64,000 nucleotides of DNA from Callorhinchus milii (Eukaryota). Below, piece after piece: positions 1-11,335 of the stretch; position 1 is the stretch's first letter; every line of letters begins with the position of its first letter. The position numbers and the translations under genes are program-made. Location of the stretch: NCBI RefSeq assembly GCF_018977255.1, contig NW_024704742.1, positions 55,924,001 through 55,988,000 of the forward strand, written 5' to 3'. The notes below the pieces were generated by a model that saw only the letters and a list, made by a program, of their open reading frames with translations, did no database searches and was not told the DNA's origin.

Positions 1-129
1 CGCAAACTGGCTGCCGTGTTTCACCCACAAAAACACACAGTCACTGCATTTTATATTCCGTGAAAAGCTTTGAGACATTTTGAAGAAGCGATGAGGCGCT
101 ATATCAAATGCAAGGATTATTATTATTAC
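1..129 (+). mobile_element. SINE 3' end (cut by the window start)
   Basis: TGGCTGCCGTGTTTCACCCAC...GCGCTATATCAAATGCAAGG(ATT)n tail, shared with many copies in the window. Confidence 0.8.
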
Positions 130-979
130 TTTTATGGATAGGGCATTCCACCAGCAATACATTTGTGGAGCAGAATCTTTGCTTTAATACATCAAAATGT
201 TCTTTTAACAACTCTGGTGTTGATATATAATTGACTTTGTGCCACTGCAGCATCCATTTGAAGATGCGGTAATGGTTTTGTTAATTATAGTATTAGCATA
301 TTCCCCATAACACCAGTGACGCACCCTTGAAGCCTCCTTTTATCTTTGAAGGAAGTAAGGGCAGTAGCTACTTGCAAAACATACATGTTAAATGTTGAAT
401 CAAAAAAGCAGCAATTCAAGTGCGTACTTTATCTTCCTGTGCCCTATGGGGAATGCATCAGTGTTCCTAGGTGGTTGAGGGAGGCTGATCCTTCACTGTA
501 GTGATCAAGTTATGTCTCCTCATATAACGCCCAATTTGATGATTTCCAATGCCAGAGTTAGAACTGGAAAACTTCACCCACTTTAAATAACCTGTATTTT
601 ATGTTATTTTTATTTTTAATGCAGTATGTAAATATTTCAGAAAATAAACATTAAATTATTCATACTGAGCGAATATAATATTTATAAAATGAATGTCATT
701 TGATTAACTAACATCTAATAAGATTGTTCTTGCACCTTGTTATATTTTTAGCATTTACCTTCCTCAAAATAAACATTGTCATTCATTTTAATAAAAGAAG
801 AGTCATATTGTCAGGAGTGACTAGATGAAAAATACACCAAGAGAAATTGGATTTCAGCCTATCTGAGGTGGAATGATTCATTTATATTAATACTAATAGA
901 GAATGAAACCATTAGGAATAAGATAAAAATCACATGCTACAGAGCTCTCTTGATGTCTGCATTAGTTTCATCCCCTTGA

Positions 980-1092
980 TGACCTTGGGAGTGGGAAAGA
1001 TCAGCTAAGTTTCCTGCTTCTGATCACTATTCAATAATTTGTGGTACAAAGTGTGTATGTGAATATAGGGTGAGGACATGGTAAGCCTAGCC
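980..1092 (+). mobile_element. Old dispersed repeat, family B (SINE-like) fragment
   Basis: Motif CCTG..CTGATC.CTAT..A...AAAGTGTGTATGTG...GGGTGAGGACA also recognisable at 36025-36250 (+), 40915-41080 (+), 25250-25522 (-), 51060-51165 (-) and 62765-62900 (-). Confidence 0.5.
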
Positions 1093-1202
1093 TTCTGGAA
1101 AAAGAAAGGCTGGGCGTCTTAGTTGAAGGTGGAGGTAGTTTAAAAGTTAGATGCAGCACCAGGTCACATCTCTTCAGGTGTTCATGCTATTTTTCCTCAG
1201 TC

Positions 1203-1997
1203 ACAACACCAACGACAACTTGCATTTATATAGCGCCCTCCATGCAGGATAGCATCTCAGAGTGTTTAACATAGGTAGAGCCTGATTCCGGGGGGAGGGG
1301 GGGAGGGGGGAGGAAGGATTTCAGGTGGGACTTGAAAAAGGGGAGAGGGGAGGCAAGGCGGAGGGATTGAGGGAGTGTTCCAAAGTTTCGGGGCATAGTG
1401 GTTTAAAGCGCGACCTCCGAGGGTGAGGCGGAAGGTTGAGGTATGAGCAGGAGGCTGGTACCAGTCAAGCAGAGGTGCTGGGTGGTGAATTGGAGAGTGA
1501 GGAGGTTGGAAAGGTAGGGAGGTGCCAGGAAGTGAATGGATTTGAACACAAGTGTGAGGATCTTGAAGTCGATCCGTTCGGTGATGGGGAGTCAGTGGAG
1601 CCTGGCCAGAACTGGTGAGGTGTGGGTGCAGAATTTGGTCTGGGTAAGTATGTGGGCAGCAGAGTTCTGAATGAGCTGGATCTTTTGAATAGTCGGGCTG
1701 GGGAGACCAGCAAGGAGTGTGTTTGAGTAATCCAGGCGGGAGGTGACAAACGCATGCACGAGGGTTTCGGCTGCATTTGGGGTAAGGTACGGTCGGAGGC
1801 AGGCAATGTGGCGGAGGTGGAGGAAAGTGGTCCTGGTCAAGGACTGGATGTGGGGGAGGAAGGACAGCTGGGGATTGAACCAGATGCCTAGATTGCACAC
1901 TGGTTTGGTGAGTGTGAAGGAGAACTCAGGGAGGTTGAGGAGTTCAGATCTGCATGAGTGAAGACATTGATGGGAGCCAAGGAGTATGGCTTCTGTG
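1203..1997 (-). mobile_element. L2 LINE 3' fragment (tail type B)
   Basis: Minus-strand ORF 1592-1900 NLGIWF...FVTSRLDYSNTLLAGLP...LIQNSAAHIL is typical of the L2 ORF2 C-terminus; the fragment ends in GCGCTATATAAATGCAAG plus a degenerate (TTG)n tail. Confidence 0.9.
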
Positions 1998-2261
1998 ATT
2001 CGGTGAGGGCCATCAGATCACACTTCCTGAGCTCATCATAGTTTGTCCACTTAGATCATTTCCCCTTTTACACATTCTGTATATTTTGCAAGTTAATTCT
2101 CAGTTACTCTTGCCTTTATTCTGCCTGCTCTGGACTACTCCAATCGTTTTGGACACTATTGCTCTGTCACTCTTGCTCTCAACTCTCTGAGCACCTCCCC
2201 TTTGTTTAATCTCTCCTCCTTAGGTGCTTCCTTTTCTTCTGCTCCTGACCCATTAGTTACA

Positions 2262-2460
2262 ATAATAATAAATAATCCTTGCATTTGATATAGCGCCTTA
2301 TCACTCCATGGCTGTTTGTGGGACATTGCTGATTGCAAATTGACTGCCACATTTGTCCACAAAACAGAGTCACTCCACTTTACAATATATCTTGTGAAGT
2401 GCTCTGAAGCACTTGAAAGGCACTATATCAAATGAAAGGATTATTATAATTATTATTATC
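2262..2460. mobile_element. SINE 3' fragments (short minus-strand tail joined to a plus-strand body and tail)
   Basis: AATAATCCTTGCATTTGATATAGCGCC (minus tail) followed by GGCTGTTTGTGGGACATTGCTG...CACTATATCAAATGAAAGGATTATT. Confidence 0.65.
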
Positions 2461-2599
2461 ATCACATCGGCAAAACATCCATGCTTCACATGGACTTTAC
2501 TGTAAAGTGTAGTAACTGTGTAGTTGAATAGAGATTGCTAACTGTTCTGTGTCACGCCATTCATGGGATCCCACTCACTAGTCCTTGGCAGTTTGCGAG

Positions 2600-2758
2600 A
2601 CTTGTGAGACATTGTTGTGCGCAATTGTGTTGCCGTATTTGCCGACGAATACACAGTCACTCCATTTTACAGTAAATCTTGTAAAGCGCTTTGAAACGTT
2701 CTTCCGATGTGATAAGAAATTTAACCAACTGCAAGGATTGTTATTATTATTATTATTT
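2600..2758 (+). mobile_element. SINE 3' fragment
   Basis: GTGCGCAATTG...GTAAAGCGCTTTGAAACG...TGCAAGGATTG(TTA)n. Confidence 0.7.
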
Positions 2759-3419
2759 TGATCGTTGCTTTATAGCAAGCTTCACCTGCTCTTTTGCCTT
2801 TGGGGTCTCCGGCTGGTCCAAGCAAAACGAATATCTTTGTCATTTAGAAACCAGCCAAATGGCTCAAAAAAGCCAAACATGCATGTGACTCAGACCTATG
2901 CAGTGACATGCAAGATACTGTTGACTTTCATCACTATCTAATTGCAGACAAGAAGAAAGGGCACTCGGGCAAAACTGCGGAGAACAGCTAATGCCTGTGG
3001 AACTTTCAAAAGTGATTGATTGTGTAATCTTTATCACAACTGGAGCGAAACACAGATACACCCAGGGCAGAGATCCTAATGTCACAGTTTTGTGAGTCAC
3101 TCTCAATGTGTCCCTCCTGACCCGATAGAGAGTTTAAATATAAATAAATTGCAATTCCAAATCTCTAATGCTTTCAAAATGTCTCATGCCTAGAATTAAC
3201 AGTATGGCTGATATGTGTCCTTATCTTCAAAAGAAAATGATGTGTGTTTATTAAAAGATTGTTCAAAAAGGCTGATGACATGGTTAGAGTAGGCAATCTA
3301 AAATACACATCATTGAATCATGGATTTTATGAGGCTCGAATGCAGATTCAGGCTTATCAGTTCCTCTTGCATGTGAGGACCCACCAAGCAGATACCATTG
3401 AAGGATTATTTTAAATAAT

Positions 3420-3470
3420 ATGTGTGTGTGTGCTTGTGTGTGTGTGTGTGTACGTGTGTGTGTGTGTGTG
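3420..3470. repeat. (TG)n microsatellite
   Basis: Directly visible. Confidence 0.95.
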
Positions 3471-4494
3471 GCGGGGGAAGGGAGGAGGGAGTCCAGAAAA
3501 TCAATAGGCACATCAACTTGGGCATTTGATCCAGTTGCTAGTATTTGGTTTGAGAATTGTGTAACCAAAGGCCTTGGATCAAGTCGCTTGTCAGCACCCT
3601 GGATGGAAAGAATGGTCTTGGGTTATAAGAATGTACAGAACAAAAAAGGAATAAAAAGTTAGCAAAAGGTACAAATAGTCAGAGTTATTTTGATGACACA
3701 TATTAAATGTGTGTACTTTTGTCATTCTACACTACACTTATGAGACAAACAAAAGTTAATTCACTTTATAGTAATTTGATATGAAGACGTGATGAGGCAC
3801 TGTAACAAACGCAAAAATTATTATCATTATTATTAACAATACAGAATCAGGTTTGCTTCTGTTTTTGGAACGTATTCAAACCTTAACACCTTTACACTGT
3901 TCATCCCTTGAGGGATGTACTTCAAGGATGATTCCTGAAAGTAGCCACACAGGGTGAATTAACAGAAAGTCTGTATCAGCAACCACTGGGTACAATGTTT
4001 ATGCTATGGTAAATCCAAACAAATAATACAGGAGTGACAAAGTTTTTTTTTCTATTGTCTTATCTGCTATCTTTCATCGTCCTCCACATAGCTTATCATG
4101 CAATCAGATATCATAACCAAAGTTCAATATTGTTCTCTCAATTACCAAGTATGAATTGTCCTCAATTCTTTAGTTCAGGTAATTTTGTGGGGTCCATGTT
4201 ATGCTAAAAATAATGACCTTTCTGCTGCACCTAATCCCATTATATCTAATAAAAGATTGTTATTTTTAGCAATCAGCGTAAATTAGATGCCATCTCTCAA
4301 GATATAGTTATCACATGTCTGACGAGTTGACTCCCACACTCTGTCAAGGGCATGTTGTAGGGATTCAATCAGTGAACTATGTGCAAGCAGACGGCACTCA
4401 CAAAGCCTCTTGAACAGATGATGATTTCAGCCAGAGTAATGTGCTTACTGTCGGCCAGGAGAAGAATAACTCCCCAAGCAAACAAAATTGTTTA

Positions 4495-4737
4495 TCAGCC
4501 TGGGTCAATTGGTAGCTCTTGCATCTCTGACTTAGAAGGTTGTAAGTTTAAGCCCCATGATTTTTGGACAGGACACCAGGAGAAACTAGCTTCTCGTTTT
4601 GAATACTGTCATGGGATATTTAACATCCACCTGAATAGGCAGGCGAAACACGTCTCATTCAAAGGCACTTCGGACAATGGAACGTCCCCCAGCACTGCAC
4701 TGGAATGTCAAAAACACATACTGAAGTGATTGAAGTG
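4495..4737. mobile_element. Deu-domain SINE copy with internal inversion (head +, body -)
   Basis: The head TCAATTGGTAGC...TCTGACTTAGAAGGTTGTAAGTTTAAGCCCCA matches the head at 59208 (+). The following AGGACACCAGGAGAAACT...CATGGGATATTTAACATCCACCTG is the reverse complement of the Deu body at 59340-59410. Confidence 0.65.
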
Positions 4738-5059
4738 ATCAAGTTATTAATAATAATAAACAGTTAATACAGAAGTCGACAGGGATTTTCTTCAATGAAC
4801 ACTTGATGGAAATGATTGTTCAGTGTTCTACATCAGTAGTTTATCAGCATTTTATTGGCAAAGCTCTATTCATAAATATTTACTTTCCATTGGTACATCA
4901 ACTAAAAAGACACATGGTATTTTTTTTTCCTCAGAAGAGAAGTGTGGGTTGGTTAAGCCAAATTTGGATTTGCTTAATAAACTATGGAAACATTTTCAGG
5001 GTAGTATTTTGTGAAAATTAGAAGACAATTCCTATATAGGACTGAAATTTGTTTATATG

Positions 5060-5430
5060 ACCATATTAAAATGATAAAGGGATTTGATGGGGTAAATCCA
5101 GAGAAGCTATTTCCTTTTGTAGGGAATTCAGAACAATGAGGCATAATCTTAAAATTAGAGTTAGGTAATTTAGGAGTGAAACCAGGAAGCATTTTTTCAT
5201 GCAAAAGATAGTGGAAATATGGAACTCTCTCCCCCAAAAGGTTTTGGATACTGGATCCATTCAAATTTTCAAGACTGAGGTGGATGGACATTTGTTAGGT
5301 CAGGGTATCGAGGGACATGGGGCAAAAGATGGGTAATTGGAGTTGAAGTAGAGATCAGCCATGATCTAATAGAATGGCAGAACAGGCTGAAGGGGCTGAA
5401 TGGCCTACTCCTCTTCCTACGTTCCTATAT
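5060..5430 (+). mobile_element. CR1 LINE 3' fragment
   Basis: CR1 ORF2 end (GAGAAGCTATTTCC...GGCATAATCTTAAAATTAG...GGAACTCTCTCCCCCAAAAG) and 3' UTR GATCAGCCATGATCT...GAATGGCCTACTCCT. Confidence 0.88.
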
Positions 5431-6127
5431 TTTCACTGGAGTATAGCCACTATTCTGGGTTTTGTTCACAATCACATTTAGCAGTGTGAATGCTTCCAAA
5501 CTTTGAATTCCGAAGGTGCAGGAATAAGGCCTAACTCTCCAGGCATGACACTACTATTCTCCAATTACTCTGGAATCATAAGAGATAACTGATAGGTATG
5601 TTACAATATTTTTTATTGATAAATTTGATAATTAGGAATTTATTTTTAAAAATGTGGGGAATATTAATGGTGGAAGTCACATGTTAAACAAGTACCATTC
5701 CTTGATCTTAGCATTTCCTAAACAATGTAACCACTATTGATGGCTGTGCCTTCAGCCACTACTTTCCTTGTCTCTGGAACCCTTCTTAAACTGCTTCACT
5801 TTGCTTCCTCATGGTCTGCCGTTCAGAACACTTTTTCCACCATGATTTTGGTCAATGTTCTTACTTCCCCCTTCTCTTGCTCCCTGCTTGGTTCTCCCTA
5901 TCACAGCTGTTAAGCTCCTTGTAAAGGTATTTCCATGTGAAAGATACTCTGTATGTGTTTTTTATTAAGTCAGCTGAGTGTTTAACATATAGGATAATCC
6001 ATATGCAGAATCTGAATCGAGATTCTGATCTTGGAAATTCTAGGGATTTTGAGCTCAAAATTTTGGCTGACATTCCAGTGCACATGCAATGCTGGAAGAA
6101 TGTCCATTCTTAGAATGACACCCATTA

Positions 6128-6430
6128 GGATATCCAAATCAGACTGAGAGTTACACATATACATGCCATCTACCCATGGAAATTTCCCTGTGTCTAGAAT
6201 GGATTTCTAAACTCTCTCCTTGAGGGGATGTATCCTGTTTATTTAATTCCTGAAAGTATTAGGTACAGGTTGGTAAGAGCCAAGGTTTGTGGACCTTAGA
6301 GTATGCTTTGGGTGCTGCTGGACTTAAACCAGCTAAAACCATATAGCTTGTCATTGAGAGCAACCTTCCCATTGCTTCTCCAGCTAGGACCACCCTATGC
6401 TTTGGGCTTTGGCTTCCAGGTTAACAGGCA
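6128..6430 (+). mobile_element. Old dispersed repeat, family A (unclassified)
   Basis: CTACCCATGGAAATTTCCCTGTG (6170-6192) is identical to the reverse complement of 62308-62330; the copy is colinear over ~280 bp with 52185-52455 (-). Confidence 0.7.
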
Positions 6431-6469
6431 CTGAGTGGGAAGAATCACTGCCACTGTTAGACAAGTTTG

Positions 6470-6862
6470 GAACAATAAAAACAGTAGGCCATTCAGCACC
6501 TCGAGCTTGCTCTGCCATTCTATAAGATCATGGCTGATCTGCATTTTCAAGACTGATAGATTTCTAAAGGATAGAGAGATTAAGGGATATGGGGATAGGG
6601 CGGGTAAATGGAATTAGGTTAGAAGATCAGCCATGATCTTATTAAATGGCAGGGCAGGCTTGAGGGGCCGAATGGCCTACTCTTGCTCCTATTTCTTATG
6701 GTCTTATGGTCTGCACCTCAACTCCAATTACCCACCCTCGCCTCATATCCCTTGATACCCTTACCTAACAAATATCTGTCCACCTCTTGAAAATGTGAAT
6801 GGATCCAGAATCCACAGCCTTTTAGGGAGAGCGTTACAGATTTCCACTACCCTTTGGGTGAA
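6470..6862. mobile_element. Minus-strand CR1 3' fragment interrupted by a plus-strand CR1 3' fragment (6544-6709)
   Basis: CR1 3' UTR present in both orientations; the insert is flanked by TCTGCA at 6538-6543 and 6710-6715. Confidence 0.85.
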
Positions 6863-9419
6863 CGTTGAAGTTATTGCTTCTGAACATTGCAGTGTGACCT
6901 CCGGATGGTGCAGCTCTCTAAAGATTGCCACTTACTGTGCTGTGCAATTTCTAAAACACTATAAACTGCAGTGTGACTTATTAAACAGTGCAATTTCTTA
7001 ACAAGGCTATTTCCTGGTTAGATTGTCCAATTTCCTGGAGTGGGAATCCGGGATAGATAGTGCTATTTCCAAGATAATGTTGCTTCCTAGATGATAAGAT
7101 CTCCCCGATAATGCAATTCCCTTGGCAATACAACTAACTGTTGTAATTACACACACACACATACAAAGAAAAGCAACCAAAATAATAATGTAAATAGTTT
7201 ATAATTGGACTAACACAGAACTAGCTGTAGATACCATGCTCAGACAATGCATGGAATACTGCAGTTGGAAAAAACTTAATGTGCCTAAGGGCCCTTTATC
7301 TTTAGTTCAGTTCATGGGCTCTGCAAATATTATACAAACATAGAGCAGCTCTGCACTCCTGCCATTCAAGACTGAAGCCTGTATCCAATGATAAAGGGCA
7401 TCACTGACTGGTGCAATGTCTCTGCAAAGCCACTTGCTTCTGGCAGCTCCCTGCCTTCGTCCTTAGAGGCATAATTCTATCACAGTAAAGATCTATCAGA
7501 ACTCTGACTTGATGTGGAGTGGAGCATAGTGGAGCCAAAGTGACACTTCAGTCATATGAAGCAACTTATGATTTAATGTGTAGCTACTGAAACCTGTGCT
7601 GTGATGCTATAATGATATCCTTCAAGTTCACTCTTAGGCTATTTAGAGGTAGTTAAATTTCAAGAGGGTTGTTTTCCTGTGTGGCTTTCAAAGTTTGTGA
7701 AATGTGCTTTCATATTTTATGTTTAGTTGGAAGAGAGTAATGTTATGGCAAGAAAAGCAATTGCCAGCGCCTTGGGATGTCCTCTTGATGTGAATACAAA
7801 TGTAATTTTGTTGTTGTTGTTGTTGCTGTGAATTAAAAGAAAGCTGTGAGTATGCAGTAATGGAATTCAAAGTACAAAAGTGTTTTTACTCAAAAGCCAT
7901 TAATCAGAAATAAAATGAGGTGCCTCTCTGGATGTTTATTGTTCAAACAAATTGTAGTAAAGGAAGACAATCAAAGCAAGGAAATAATTCCATTCTATTT
8001 GATTATTCTGCTCTTAAGTGACAAATTACCCAAGCCTGGAATAAATAAATCTGTTCCATGCATTTTGTTATTTTGTAACCCCATCAGTTGAGGAACACAT
8101 TTTGCTCTGATAACTGAAGTTGTTAACACCACACAAGTTCCACATAGTCACAGAAGGCAATTAATTAATCCTCCCTTCACGCTCAATGACTCTTTTGTTT
8201 GGAAGATTTTGCTGACCATTTAGCGACTAAATTCATTTACACACAGGATTGATGTAACATGGAGCTGACATCTGCTTTCATTGTATGTTGTTCAATTCCT
8301 ACAATGTTTACTTGTGATGACATTTGCCTGACAAAAATGGCGCGTGCACTGTAAGTTATTAGGCACAAGGAGTGGCTGATTAATATAGAAAATGTATTTA
8401 CTCATTGGAGTTGACAAATGATGACAGTGTTGAAAAAAAAGAAAACATTTTCATTCAGTGCTCAGCAATGGTTCATTAAGAGGATGTTTTAGGCTCAATG
8501 TGACGGAGTTCAGCAGTACTGTTCGGTTCTCATTTATCGTACTAACAATGATACTCCCATTGCAGATTAATGCTCTGTGTCCCCTGTCATGCCACATAAA
8601 ATCTACTTTCATTATCTTCCCAGTCCCTCGACTCTGAAAGACATGACCACCAAATTAAGTGCTACTATGCCTTAGGCAGTTTTAGTGTTACTTCACTGCC
8701 ACTTAGAAATAAATTATTTTCATATTGCTGAGGCAAAATGACAGGATGCAGGGTTTCATAAACCCTATACTTAGAAAAATAGATTTTACTCAAAACTTAA
8801 TTTAATGATGTATGCATGATTTAATAATTGCATTGCAATATAGCACTGATCATATTGAAAGTCTAAAGTGATTCAGGTAACATTTTTCCTTTTTCATTTA
8901 AGAATAAACGTTCGTTGAAAGAAATTTTGCGCATGATAGTTTGCTGCTACCTGTTACAGGTATATTGTGCCAATGAAAGACATGTACTGGTAACAATTTT
9001 CCTTCAACAGTTTGTGAATGGGGAATCTTCAAAAACATAAGGTGAAAATTTAGAGGTAAATTGGAACATGCTATTTGAAAAATAGAGGTTGCCCAACCAT
9101 TTATATATAGCTCATGGGCCACATTTTGGGCATCAAGACCAAACACCCAACTAGCCCAGGCAGCTCCACGCCAAATAAATATGTTGTTTCCAGTAGCTAC
9201 CAAGCCACAATATCCATGGCACAGCCATAAATAAAGAAATATTCAATAAAGAAAAATTTATTTGGTTGGCCTCCCACTGATATAGAATGATTAACAGGAA
9301 CTTCAACCCAACTAGTCTGAGCCAGTGTTTGTATTCCACACAAGCGCTCACCCTTCCTATTTCTTCACACATACCCCTCTACTATCTTCTACATCGTGAA
9401 TGCATCACATTTTCTCTAA

Positions 9420-9565
9420 ATAATAAAAATAATAATCCTCGCATTTGATATAACGTATTACCACATCGTTGAGACGTCTCAAAGCGCTTCACAGAATATA
9501 CTGTAAAGTGAATTGACTGTATATTTTGTGGGTGAAATGCAGCAGCCAATTGCACACAGCAATTA
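9420..9565 (-). mobile_element. SINE 3' fragment
   Basis: AATAATCCTCGCATTTGATATA...GAGACGTCTCAAAGCGCTTCACAGAATATACTGTAAAGTGAATTGACTG. Confidence 0.85.
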
Positions 9566-9820
9566 AATACACTGATGCTATTTTCTTGAATCAAAACTTA
9601 TGGCAGTGAGTTGTACAGTCACACAGCCTACTGAATGAAAATGTTCCTCCTGATTTCCCTATTAGATCTACTACTGGCTATCTTATGTGTATGCACTCTA
9701 GTTTGAGACTCACCAACAAGTGGAAACAGCCGAGCAACATTGGCCAAATCAGGTGGCCAAAAAGAAATAGATGGAAAAACGGAATTTACAACAAAAAGTA
9801 AATTCTCAAGAGGTTTATTT

Positions 9821-11160
9821 ATCATAGCATCATAGAATCGTACAGCACAAAAAAAGGCCATTCGGCCCATCGAGTCTGTGCCGGGCTCTTTGAAAAGAGC
9901 AATATAACATCAATCCCACTCCCCAGCCCTTTCCTCATAACCCTGCAAACCCGTCCTCCTCAAATACCCGTCCATCACGTTTTTAAAAGTAGTTATCGAA
10001 GCGGCCTCCACCACGATCAGGCAATGCTTTCCAGATTTGAACAACTCGCTGCGGGAAAAAAATTCTTCTCACCTCCCCTCTGCTTCTAAATCTGTGACCT
10101 CGAGTCACCGACACACCCACCAGTGGAAACAGTTTTTCCCTTTCTAACCTATCAAATGCCCTCATGATTTTGAAAACCTCTATTAGGTCTCCTCGTAACC
10201 TTCTCTGCTCCAATTTAATATTTATATTAAACTATAATATAATTAAAGATAAATATTATCTTTATAATAGATAAAGATTATCCAGCCTTTCCTCATAATC
10301 AAGTTCCCACATTCCTGGTACCATCCTCGTAAATCTCCTCTGAATCCTTTTCATGCCTTAACATCCTTCCTATAGTGTGGTGCCCAGAACTGGGCGCAGT
10401 ATTCTAACTGAGGCCTAACCAGTGTTTTATATAGGTTAATCATAACCTCCTGACCCTTGTACTCTATGTCCCTATTTATAAAGCCTAGTATACCATATGC
10501 CCTTTTTACAGCTTTATTTACCTGTCCTGCCACCATCAAGGATTAATTTACCTGAACCCCCAGGTCTCTCTGTTCTTTTACCCCCCTTAAGATTGTATCA
10601 CCAGCCTATATTGCTTCCCTTCATCTTTTCTACCAAAATGCAATACCTCACATTTCTCCACATTGAAATTCATCTGCCATGTGTCTGCCCATTTTACCAT
10701 TCTGTCTATGTCTTCCTGCAGTTGGCTACTATCCTTCTCACTGTTTACTACCCTACCTAACTTTGTGTCATCCGCAAACTTGGAAATGGTACTTGCTATA
10801 CCCAAGTCCAGATCATTTATATATATTAAGAAGAGCAGTGGTCCTAATACCGATCCCTGGGAGACGCCACTGTACACTTCCCTCCAGTCAGAAGAGCAGC
10901 CATTCACCACAACTCTCTGCTTTCTGTCTCCCAGCCAGTTCTGGATCCATGCTGCCACTGTCCCTTTTATACCATGAGCTTCTATCTGTCTTACAAGTCT
11001 TTCATGTGGCACTTTATCAAATGCCTTTTGAAAGTCCATATAAACTACATCAACTGCACTACCTTTATCCACCCTCTCCGTTACCTCATCGAAAAATTCT
11101 ATTAGATTTGTTAGACAAGTTTGCCATTAACAAATCAGTGCTGGCTGTCCCTAATTAACC
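9821..11160 (-). mobile_element. CR1 LINE, 5'-truncated (reverse transcriptase domain to 3' tail)
   Basis: ORFs 10587-11072 ([39 protein letters not shown]), 10351-10539 (LVRPQLEYCAQFWAP) and 9983-10213 (RRLRGDLIEVFKIM); (ATTCTATG)-type tail at 9821-9840. Confidence 0.95.
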
Positions 11161-11209
11161 TCGTGGACTGGAATTCGCCTGCAGGCTGTAGTTTGGTTGG
11201 CACTGCTTA

Positions 11210-11335
11210 AGTATACAAACCAAATTACTGAGAGTTCCACATATGTATGGAAAACTTCTGAGAGTTTATGTGGAAGTCATAGAAGACAATGTGCAGTATA
11301 GAGTGCGTAATCTCTCCCCTGACGGATGAACTCTG
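11210..11335 (+). mobile_element. Old repeat family A fragment
   Basis: ACTGAGAGTTCCACATATG...GTGCGTAATCTCTCCCCTGA resembles 6142-6225 and the reverse complement of 52370-52452. Confidence 0.5.

Noticed and set aside
6046-6061. 16-bp perfect palindrome ATTTTGAGCTCAAAAT (similarly GAGTTGCA-T-TGCAACTC at 27953-27969)
   Set aside because: Eight-bp arms are expected by chance at this window size.
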